From an uncultured delta proteobacterium (GTDB taxonomy: Bacteria > Myxococcota_A > Polyangia > Fen-1088): DNA of 64,000 nt. Under the pieces are notes generated by a model. That model ran no database searches. It was given only the letters and a program-made list of their open reading frames with translations, and was not told the origin of the DNA. Positions 52,560 to 60,664 of this stretch are shown piece by piece; the stretch's first letter is position 1; the number at the start of each line of letters is the position of its first letter. Position numbers and translations under genes: made by a program. The stretch is from positions 288,001 through 352,000 of the forward strand of contig CAVWIP010000008.1 of NCBI GenBank assembly GCA_963755125.1. Direction: 5' to 3'.

Positions 52560-53465
52560 GTTCCGTGGGCTGGAAGGGTTTAGCAGGGCACCTTCTTGGC
52601 AGGAACTTCATTGGTTTGAGGATATCGGTGCTCCGACGCTCCCATCCTCACAAAAGATGTTGCCTGGAATGCCGGAGACGATGAGCGAGAAGGGGGTTCC
52701 TGGGCTGAGAGGTCTGGCAAACTACCTTCTTGGCAGGAACTTCATGGGCCTGAGCATCTCGGCACTCCCATCCTCACAAAGATGTTGCCTGGAATGCTGG
52801 AGACAATGAGCGAGAAAGGGGGTTCCTGGGCTGAGAGGTCTGGCAAACTACCTTCTTGGCAGGAACTTCATGGGCCTGAGCATCTCGGCACTCCCATCCT
52901 CACAAAGATGTTGCATGAAATGCTGGAGAGGATGAGCGGAAAGGAGGTTCCTGGGCTGAGAGGTCTCGGCTAACTACCTTCTTGGCAGGAACTTCATGGA
53001 CCTGAGCATCTCGGCACTCCCATCCTCACAAAGATTTTGCATGGAATGCTGGAGAGGATGAGCGGAAAGGGGGTTCCTGGGCTGAGAGGTCTGGCAAACT
53101 ACTCTTGGCAGGAACTTCATGGGCCTGAGCATCTCGGCACTCCCATCCTCACAAAGATGTTGCATGGAATGCTGGAGAGGATGAGTGAGAAGGAGTTTCC
53201 TGGGCTGGGAGGCCTGGCAAACCACCTTCTTGGCAGGAACTTCATGGGCCTGAGCATCTCGGCACTCCCATCCTCACAAAGATGTTGCATGGAATGCTGG
53301 AGAGGATGAGTGAGAAGGAGTTTCCTGGGCTGGGAGGCCTGGCAAACCACCTTCTTGGCAGGAACTTCATGGGCCTGAGCAACACGACAGCCTTCATCCT
53401 CGAAAAGATCTTGCCTGGAGTGCTGGTGAAGATGAGACGAGAACGGGTACCGTGGGCTGGGAAGG
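52560..53465. repeat. Tandem array of ~7 units of ~125 bp, non-coding, degenerate at both ends
   Basis: Anchor CTTGGCAGGAACTTCAT at 52595, 52729, 52855, 52981, 53104, 53229, 53354. Confidence 0.95.
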
Positions 53466-53745
53466 GAAGAGTTCCCGCCAAAGAGTCTCGCTTCCGTCGC
53501 GCAGGTCTTTTTGGTGTCGAACGACAGCGACGCGGCTTTCTGCGGCCCCCTCTTCACAGTATTGAAAACCAGGGACGGGAAACCCTCATCACGTGGTCGG
53601 AGATGCCGCGCCGTGCTCTCATTATATATGAGCGATATGTGCGGTTCCCTCCCGGAGGATCCCGGCGGTCACCAGCAACCCGCCCCGTGGACCGTGCAGG
53701 TGTGGACGCCGGGCACCTCGATCCTGGGCCGGAGGTGGGCATGGG

Positions 53746-54420
53746 CATGGGCGCCGGCACCTTGATCCCTAGATCCTGGAGGCCTGATGTGAGCACGGGC
53801 ATGAGCCCGTGACAGGCAGATGGCGCGGGTAGCATACCAAGGGGGCGTCGCCAGCCGCGTGTCCATGCCGCTGGTCACGGTGCAAAAGGCCGTGATTTAT
53901 GCGGCGGGCATTCCGTCAAATGGGGACTGCCACGGGCAAAGCTGCCGGCGGAGAGAAGAGGAACGGGCGCATGAGCCATGGACCAGAGGCTTGGACGAAC
54001 ACCAGGCAGCCCGGGTCATCCGGTCCTTATCGACTGAATTCTCGCCATTTGCGACCGTTGCATAACGCACGGAGCGTCGTCTATCTCTATGGAATCGTTG
54101 ATCGATTGCTGGCGAGTGCCGTGCCTGGGCCGCCAGAGTCGCCATCGGAGGTGAAGGCGCCAGGCTCCGCCAGCTCCGCGCCTGGGTTCGAGGGAAAGGG
54201 GGTGATGGCGCGGGGAGTAGACAAGACAAGGCGTGGGCGCTTGAGCCGTCGGCCGGCATGGGCGCCGGCACCAGGAGCTTGGCCTGGGTCCGGCCATCGG
54301 CATCACCATGGCCATGGGCGCCGGCACCGGGGCCTTGGTGCCTCCGGACGTGGCCATCGGCACCGGGGCCTTGGGGCGGATGTGGCCATGGGCCTGGGCA
54401 TGCGCATCGGCATGGGCGTC
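53746..54420. repeat. Cluster of short GC-rich repeats
   Basis: CATGGGCGCCGGCACC at 53746, 54257, 54313; GGCACCGGGGCCTTGG at 54323 and 54359; many CATGGGC/CATCGGC. Confidence 0.7.
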
Positions 54421-54654
54421 GCCTGACCATTTCGCTTTCGCCGGGCTCGCGGTGGAGTGGTTGACTCCTCAGTGAGGCCGCGCTACTCTTTCTGCAGTTG
54501 TCTGTGGTTTTGGAGTCTCGATTCCGGCGGGCTTGTTGAGCCCGTTGGTAGACGCTCTGGAATTTTCACGCAGTCGACGGTGTCTGGTGTCTGGTCAGCT
54601 CGCTTTTGCGGCGACCAATCAAGGCGAACACCTAACCACTGTGCGTGAGGTCCC

Positions 54655-55893
54655 ATGAGCAACGAATCCGACAATGATCAACCGATCCCAGAAGCATCAC
54701 TTTCGGACTCGAACCCGCAACTGACCGCAGACGAAGACGAGGGCGCAGAGTCTCCGGTCGTCAAGCGGACGCGCGAACTCCTTGAAAGCGAACCCGGTTC
54801 TCATCCCCCGCCCGACCGTCGTGTGATCGATCCCGAGAGCGCGCTGGGCAAGATGTTCGCCGCAATGAACCCGGGCTCAATCATTCCCTCGACGCCCGAT
54901 GAGAGTGCGCAAGCCGCGTTTTTCGCGCGACTGCGCGAGCAGGACGATATGCCGGAACCGTCGGACACTTACCAAAATCGCCCTCCCCGCACGGCGGCCG
55001 ACCTTCGCGAGGGTCTTAAAGAGCGCCTCCATCCTCACGTCGAGGGTCCGATCGAGACTCGTGAAATTCTCCTCAGTCAGATCTCGAACGGCAACTTTGA
55101 GAACTGCCGTCGTTCAAAGGACACCGAGGAACGCGCCGCCTTGAAGGCGTCGATGGCAAGCAAAACCGGCCTACTCAACGCCATTGTCGTCTGCAGAGAT
55201 CCTCACGACCCGGAGAAATTCCATCCGATTTGCGGCTACACCAGACTCGAACTCGCCCGCGAACTCGGCTGGAGCACCATCCGCTGCACAATTCGGGAGG
55301 TCCACAGCGAGCGTGACGCTTTGTTGATGAATCTATCTGAGAACTTGGCCAGGTCCAATCTCACTCCCTACGAGTCGGCGGCTCAGATCGAGTTGATCTG
55401 CCGGCGCTTCCTGGTGAAGCCCGAGGAAGTCGCCAAGGCGCTGGCACTATCCGTAAGGCATGTCTATTCGATGTTGAGATATATGAGCGTCCTCCCGCCC
55501 GACGTCATCGCCGACTGGAAGAATGCGCATCCCCTCCTGACGTTCAGGATTCTAGATCGACTCTCGAAGGAGCCCAATCCAACAAGGGCGTGGCAGGCGA
55601 TGCGGGCGCGGCACGAAATCGAGGAGAACAAGGTCCCCACGACCTTCGTGCCCACCGAGGACGACGGCGACACGAGCGGCTGGGAAGAGTTCACGCGCCC
55701 CTCGAAGGCAAAGCTGGCCCACCTGCGCGACATCCTTTCGCGCGCAAAACTGCCCAACGACCCCGAGCGTCTCCGTAAGATCGCAATTGGGATCGTCGAC
55801 TGGGCTCGCGGCGCGACCCGAAGCATACCAGACGTTCTTGCGCCGCAACTCAAGCGCCGTGCTCAGCCTCGCCGCCTCGCGAAGAAAGAGTAG
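54655..55893 (+). CDS. ParB/RepB/Spo0J family protein with acidic N-terminal extension
   Basis: GLLNAIVV, ICGYTRL, NLSENLARSNLTPYE, HTH EEVAKALALSVRHV. Confidence 0.85.
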   Translation: MSNESDNDQPIPEASLSDSNPQLTADEDEGAESPVVKRTRELLESEPGSHPPPDRRVIDPESALGKMFAAMNPGSIIPSTPDESAQAAFFARLREQDDMPEPSDTYQNRPPRTAADLREGLKERLHPHVEGPIETREILLSQISNGNFENCRRSKDTEERAALKASMASKTGLLNAIVVCRDPHDPEKFHPICGYTRLELARELGWSTIRCTIREVHSERDALLMNLSENLARSNLTPYESAAQIELICRRFLVKPEEVAKALALSVRHVYSMLRYMSVLPPDVIADWKNAHPLLTFRILDRLSKEPNPTRAWQAMRARHEIEENKVPTTFVPTEDDGDTSGWEEFTRPSKAKLAHLRDILSRAKLPNDPERLRKIAIGIVDWARGATRSIPDVLAPQLKRRAQPRRLAKKE

Positions 55894-55902
55894 GAGACAA
55901 TC

Positions 55903-56472
55903 ATGCGTTTCAATCACAATCCCAGCTTCGCCCTGGACTACCTGGCTATGGACGGCGAGCGGCTAACCGAGGCCGAGCAGGCCGCAACTGCCAAGGCGGC
56001 GCTGCCCGCCACGCTGGAGGCCCTGGCCGAGGGGGATAACCAGCTCAGCGCATGCTCTGGGCACTCACGAGGGTGCGAAGGCGGTTGGCCGGGGCACTCC
56101 TCGACGCGAGGAGGGGTAGGCGCTGTGCTTGCGAAGACCTCCACCGACGGGCCGGACCTGGCCCGCAAGCTGCGCAAGGCGCTTGATGATCTGCTGGAGG
56201 TGGGCGAGGACGCCGGGGAGCTGGTCTGCATAATCGAGGACAGCTTCGACATCGACTATCCCGCCACCGACGGCGAGTGGCCGAGCGAGGCCGAGCAGGC
56301 GGCGGCCAGGATGGCGTTGCCCGGCGCCCTGGATACCATCGCAAAGGCGGAGAACCAGGTGCGCAAACAATTGTGGCTCGTGTCCAAGGCCCGGCGGAGC
56401 CTGGCCAGGACGCTGCGGGCGGAGCAGGGGGAAGCGCATGGCCGGGGAGGGCATCATGCGGGCGCCAGATGA
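55903..56472 (+). CDS. Hypothetical protein with internal duplication
   Basis: AGGAGA RBS; DGE..EAEQAA..ALP.L segment occurs twice. Confidence 0.6.
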   Translation: MRFNHNPSFALDYLAMDGERLTEAEQAATAKAALPATLEALAEGDNQLSACSGHSRGCEGGWPGHSSTRGGVGAVLAKTSTDGPDLARKLRKALDDLLEVGEDAGELVCIIEDSFDIDYPATDGEWPSEAEQAAARMALPGALDTIAKAENQVRKQLWLVSKARRSLARTLRAEQGEAHGRGGHHAGAR

Positions 56473-56575
56473 TGAGGACCTTGAGGGCGACGACGAGGGC
56501 GACGAGGACGACGTGGACGGCGAGTTCGAGAACGATGGCTTCGACGAGATCGAGGACGACGACGAGGAGGACTGA
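56456..56575 (+). CDS. Highly acidic 39-aa microprotein, not in ORF track
   Basis: GGAGG 5 nt upstream; MRAPDDEDLEGDDEGDEDDVDGEFENDGFDEIEDDDEED*; stop 1 nt before the next ATG. Confidence 0.55.
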   Translation: MRAPDDEDLEGDDEGDEDDVDGEFENDGFDEIEDDDEED

Positions 56576-56576
56576 C

Positions 56577-56960
56577 ATGGACCACGACGAGTGCAGGCAT
56601 GTGATCAAAATTCAGATCGAACGCTGGGTCCGCAAGAATAGCGGCCCGCTCGCCAGCTCGATCGTGCTCCATCGCCTGGATCGGGACGGGCGCCCGGCAG
56701 AGACGATATACACCTGCTGCCTCAAAGACCCGGTCGACTACGAGGTAGCCGTCCGCGACGATGCAGCCCAGATCGTGCTGGACGGTCACATCTACGCGAT
56801 CGTGGAGAACGCCCAGCGCGACGCCAACGAGCGGAAGGGCGGCGTCCAGATCTATGCCCTGTACCCCATTTACAATGACGGCACCCGCGGCCCCCGCAAG
56901 AAATTCCGGGCGGCGCCGGAAGAGGCGGAGCCGGAGCCTGCCAGCGAGGCGGCACCCTGA
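56577..56960 (+). CDS. Hypothetical protein
   Basis: GGAGGA RBS, MDHDECRH...; operon coupling. Confidence 0.65.
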   Translation: MDHDECRHVIKIQIERWVRKNSGPLASSIVLHRLDRDGRPAETIYTCCLKDPVDYEVAVRDDAAQIVLDGHIYAIVENAQRDANERKGGVQIYALYPIYNDGTRGPRKKFRAAPEEAEPEPASEAAP

Positions 56961-57748
56961 TCCATCTCCTGCGAGCCCGGGTCCTCCACGACCACGTGGT
57001 GCGGTTCCGCCTCAGCGACGGCCGCGACATCGATCGCGACTTCAGCCTGATTGAGGGCGGCGTCTTCACGGCGACCTGGGCGGACCCGAGGAAGTTCGCG
57101 AAGGTCTCCGTCGCAGGCGGCGATCCGTCCTGGCCTGGCGGGCTCGACATCTGCCCCGACGTCGTCTTGCGGGGCGGGCTCAAGGGCAGGGTGCCCCGCT
57201 TCGCGTTCGTGGGGCCGGGCTGCCTGATTTCCCGGGCGACGGTGGCCACCGCGCACCACGAGGCCGGCCACGCCGTCGTGGGCCTCAAACTGTCCGGCAA
57301 CATGCCCCTGAAGATGTCTGTCATCCCCGAGGCCGGGAGCATGGGCAGGACCCGCAACTGCCCCTGGCCGCGGTCCTTCCGGCCCGAGGAGAAGATGACC
57401 CCGCTCACCAGGGCGAGGCTGGAGGACGAGACGGCCACCATCCTGGCGGGGTCCGAGGCGGAGCGGAGATACACGGGCCGGGCCAGCCGCCTCGGGGCGA
57501 GGGATGACGTCGAGGGCGCCAGGGTCTACGCGAAGCTCGCCGCCGGCGACGATGCCCGGGGCGTCGCGGCCTACATAGGATGGTGCTCGTCCATCGCCCG
57601 GCGGGCCGTCGAGGAGAACTGGGGCCTGATCGCCCGGTTCGCGCGACGCCTGGCGGACGCCGGCGAGCTGGAGGGGGCGGAGCTGGAGGCGGCGCTCACG
57701 TCGAAGAGGTGGGACGGGCCTGCCCGCAGCCGCTGGCAGGCGTCGTGA
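56957..57748 (+). CDS. DUF2442-like domain fused to a peptidase M41-like zinc metalloprotease domain
   Basis: RLSDG..FAKVSV...SWPGGLDICPD; TAHHEAGHAVV, ILAGSEAE, GARDD; start CTG 56957 (CTGA overlap) or GTG 56996. Confidence 0.7.
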   Translation: MIHLLRARVLHDHVVRFRLSDGRDIDRDFSLIEGGVFTATWADPRKFAKVSVAGGDPSWPGGLDICPDVVLRGGLKGRVPRFAFVGPGCLISRATVATAHHEAGHAVVGLKLSGNMPLKMSVIPEAGSMGRTRNCPWPRSFRPEEKMTPLTRARLEDETATILAGSEAERRYTGRASRLGARDDVEGARVYAKLAAGDDARGVAAYIGWCSSIARRAVEENWGLIARFARRLADAGELEGAELEAALTSKRWDGPARSRWQAS

Positions 57749-58032
57749 CGCTCGCCGTGGATCTGTCCGGCGTCCGCGGGCAACTGCTCCGGGCCAAGGC
57801 CGAGGGCAAGTATTGCTCCGGGTGCGCGCTCGACATGTTCGCGTGGCTGGCCGAGCACGGTCCGATCCCGCGGCTGTCGCGACCGAAGGCCGCGAGGGAC
57901 TGGCTCGACGTGTTCGAGCGGACGTTCGCGGTGGAGGACAAGGCCCAGCTCGTGAGGGACGGGAAGTGCAAGATCTGCCGGCGTCCCAGGGCCAGCGCCC
58001 TGCGCCTCAAGCGGGCCCTCGGCCTGAACTAG
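57745..58032 (+). CDS. Small putative zinc-finger protein
   Basis: GTGA overlap; CSGC...CKIC. Confidence 0.6.
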   Translation: MTLAVDLSGVRGQLLRAKAEGKYCSGCALDMFAWLAEHGPIPRLSRPKAARDWLDVFERTFAVEDKAQLVRDGKCKICRRPRASALRLKRALGLN

Positions 58033-58052
58033 CCCGCTGGCCTCCGGGGCGC

Positions 58053-58799
58053 TCAGCGGGCGGGGCGCCTGGGCGCCCGCATGCTGGGCTTGCCCGGCGG
58101 GTTGCCGGAGACGCGCTCGCCGTCGAGCGCCCGGAAGACCGTGAATTCCATCGAGGGCAGTCCCAGCACCCCGAACGTGGCCGGCCTGAACACGTCGGGC
58201 ACCAGGAGCGGGCCGCTATGCTTGAAGACGTAACTTTTAGAGCAACAGGAGCCGGAGTTCAGGATCTTGCCGGGCGGTTCGTCCACCGCCAGCTCGAACT
58301 CCACGTGGCTGTGGCCGACAATCAAGATCTGGGCATGGGCCTGCTCCAATAGGTGCCGCCGCAGCCCCGGCCCGGTGGCCTCCTTCGTGATTCCCTCCAT
58401 GTCGCTGCCCGGCCGTGCGTGCCACATCGACAGCTTCACGCCCTCCAGCTCGGCCTCCCAATGCGTGGGCAGGGTCGCCAGCCAGGCGAGCGAGTCGCGC
58501 GACAGCTCGGCGCCGCCGCCGAAGTGAACGGAGATGTTGCACGGCTCGAAGAAGCTGCGCACGTCCTTCTGCCGGCGGCGGTTCTCCAACGCCCACCGCT
58601 CGTGGTTCCCGAGGATGCAGATGATGTTCTTCTCCGCCTTGAGCCGCTGGCACACCTCCTCGCCGAACGGCTCCATGTCGATCAAGTCGCCGCCACATAG
58701 AATCACATCGCAGCCCATGGCGCGGAGCCGGGGCAGGGCGGCGTCGAGCGCCAAGATGTCGCCGTGGACGTCTGTTAGGATTCCGACGAGCCTAGGCAA
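58053..58799 (-). CDS. Calcineurin-like metallophosphoesterase (YfcE/MJ0936 type)
   Basis: DVHGD, GDLID, GNHE, GHSH, NSGS; TTG start with GGAGG. Confidence 0.88.
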   Translation of the reverse strand: MPRLVGILTDVHGDILALDAALPRLRAMGCDVILCGGDLIDMEPFGEEVCQRLKAEKNIICILGNHERWALENRRRQKDVRSFFEPCNISVHFGGGAELSRDSLAWLATLPTHWEAELEGVKLSMWHARPGSDMEGITKEATGPGLRRHLLEQAHAQILIVGHSHVEFELAVDEPPGKILNSGSCCSKSYVFKHSGPLLVPDVFRPATFGVLGLPSMEFTVFRALDGERVSGNPPGKPSMRAPRRPAR

Positions 58800-59301
58800 G
58801 CCGCACCCCCTCCCTGTGGACGTCGTTGTAGGGGGAGCCGCCCCAGCTCTCCGCCTCGTGCTCGTCGAATGTCTTTTCGTCGACCAAGAGGAGGTCGATG
58901 TCCTTGTGGACGTCGTCGCCCAGGGCCTCGTGCATCGCACTGGACAGGTCGGCGATCTCGCCCAGCATGTCGCGAGGCATCTCCTCCACGACCACCACGA
59001 TGTTCAGGTTCGATCTCGCGTGGGCATCGCCACGGGCGTAAGAGCCGATGAGCCACGCCGACTTCACGCGAGGGTTCTTCACCACGCGCTCGCCCGGGGC
59101 CGGCGGCAACAAGGGCAATCCGGGAGGAATTCCCTCACCCGCGGCGATCTTGGCCTCCCGCCTGGCCAGGGCCTCCACGACCGCGGCCCGGATCTGTGCC
59201 AGCGTGAGGACGCCCCGGCCGAGCCGCGCCCACCGGGCGGTCGCGGCCCGGCGGGCGCGGCGCGAGCGCTGCTCGGCGCCGAATGATGGAGCCCGCTTCA
59301 T
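58792..59301 (-). CDS. Minimal nucleotidyltransferase (MNT/MntA-like) with the DxD motif replaced by NxN
   Basis: LIGSYARGDAHARSNLNIVVV, KDIDLL, EGVRL. Confidence 0.8.
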   Translation of the reverse strand: MKRAPSFGAEQRSRRARRAATARWARLGRGVLTLAQIRAAVVEALARREAKIAAGEGIPPGLPLLPPAPGERVVKNPRVKSAWLIGSYARGDAHARSNLNIVVVVEEMPRDMLGEIADLSSAMHEALGDDVHKDIDLLLVDEKTFDEHEAESWGGSPYNDVHREGVRLA

Positions 59302-59618
59302 CGCGCCCCCATCGTCCCCAGCAGCGCCGCCGCGAGGAACAGGGCCACGCCGATAAGCAGGCGCCACATCACGCGCTTGGCGGCCGACGGGCCAGGACCC
59401 TTGGCGCGGGGGCCGGGGGGCGCCGCCTCCTCGACGCCGCGCCCTCCCCAGAGCCAGCCCGCAAACAGGACCACCGCGGCGGCGTCCCCCGCCATCGCGT
59501 TGTCCATCGCGTAGCCGGCGAGGTGGAGCGCCAGGCCGGCCAGGGCGACCTTGATCAGGAACCTCGGATCTGGTTCCTGCGCGTCCTCGTCCTCGGTCAT
59601 CTCGTCTTGGTCTTCCAT
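59298..59618 (-). CDS. Small membrane protein (about 3 hydrophobic segments)
   Basis: Acidic N-terminus, hydrophobic helices, ATGA overlap with the MNT gene. Confidence 0.6.
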   Translation of the reverse strand: MEDQDEMTEDEDAQEPDPRFLIKVALAGLALHLAGYAMDNAMAGDAAAVVLFAGWLWGGRGVEEAAPPGPRAKGPGPSAAKRVMWRLLIGVALFLAAALLGTMGAR

Positions 59619-60664
59619 GCCTTCGCCAACCGGCCGCACTCGGCCGCCTTCTTGCCCTCCCGTGCCTCCGCCGCCTCGCGGGCGGCCTTGCGCTTGCTCC
59701 GGCGTCGGCCCTCCCGCAAGAGACGGTTGATGTCCGCCATTGAGAGCAGCCTGTCACGGTCGCGAAACCGCTTCTGGGCCACCAGCAAGCCCTCGTCGTC
59801 CGCCAGTTTCTCCAACAGTGTGGGGGCGACCTTGCGGACGAACTCCCAGATCTCCCTCGGGGTCATCCTCGCCGTCCTCTTCTTCAGTCGGATGAGGGCC
59901 TTCCAATCGACGGCGCGATACTTCCTCTTGACGTCGGCTGGCTGGCGGGACGCTGCATCCCCAATCTGATGTATGTGCCGCAGAGCCGCCGCCTGGCGTG
60001 GCCGGCTCGCCTTGAAGGCGGCGAAGTCCATGTCCTCCGCGCATTGCGGGAGATTCAGGCAGGCCACGATGATGTCATTGAACCACGTGGTCGCTGGTTT
60101 GCGGGGGAAGCGCAGAGCACCACCCCAGGGCCATTTTTCGCTCTTCATTTTCTTCTCCGCATCATCCACCTTGAGGCAAGCCTTGCAGCGGACGGACACC
60201 CAGTTCCGCCGCCTGGTGAGAGTGCCGGGCTTGCCGCAGATCTCGCATGTCCGCACGGACTCGCGGATCGCCTTGCCGAGCGCGGCGTCCGTCACCTTGC
60301 CGAGGCGTGGATCTGACGGCGTGTCCTGATCGCAGAAATACACTCTCAGGGAGCCGAACTTCTCTTTGATTTGCCAAACGCAGAGGTTCGGATCTGCTGA
60401 CAGCTTCGCAGAGAGGCGATCGACAAGAGCGTGCCACCCATCACCAATGCAGAATCCATCAACGGCGAAGCGACACGCCTTGCTCGTGGGGGTAGTCCTT
60501 GCCTCGCGATACAGCGACGGGTAGCGTTCGATCAGCTCCAGCACGTGGGCTGGTGATATGTCGAGCCGGTTCCGCTTGCCCGAGGCGGCGAGCAGCTTGG
60601 CCCGTTCGTAGACGCTTTTCGACCGGAAGTCGGCGTACTCTTGCCATCCTGCTGGGATTTTCAC
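59597..60664 (-). CDS. Phage-type GDGW/QIKEKFG/CxxC domain fused to a degenerate HepT/DUF86 HEPN domain
   Basis: IGDGW, QIKEKFGSLRVY, CEICGKPG; DII.AC...MDF..F......Q.A.LR.I..IGDAA...P...K.KY..VDWK; GTG start with AGGAAGG. Confidence 0.7.
   Translation of the reverse strand: MKIPAGWQEYADFRSKSVYERAKLLAASGKRNRLDISPAHVLELIERYPSLYREARTTPTSKACRFAVDGFCIGDGWHALVDRLSAKLSADPNLCVWQIKEKFGSLRVYFCDQDTPSDPRLGKVTDAALGKAIRESVRTCEICGKPGTLTRRRNWVSVRCKACLKVDDAEKKMKSEKWPWGGALRFPRKPATTWFNDIIVACLNLPQCAEDMDFAAFKASRPRQAAALRHIHQIGDAASRQPADVKRKYRAVDWKALIRLKKRTARMTPREIWEFVRKVAPTLLEKLADDEGLLVAQKRFRDRDRLLSMADINRLLREGRRRSKRKAAREAAEAREGKKAAECGRLAKAWKTKTR

Noticed and set aside
52560..53465. CRISPR or other guide-RNA array
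   Set aside because: Units are ~125 bp and nearly identical throughout, with no unique spacers and no cas or other RNA-guided effector gene in the window.
52782..53812. ORFs within the tandem array as a repeat protein
   Set aside because: Unit lengths of 125 and 134 bp shift the frame; the ORFs are short and inconsistent between units.
58792..60664. Active HepT/MntA toxin-antitoxin system
   Set aside because: Both catalytic motifs are absent and the genes are separated by a membrane-protein gene.
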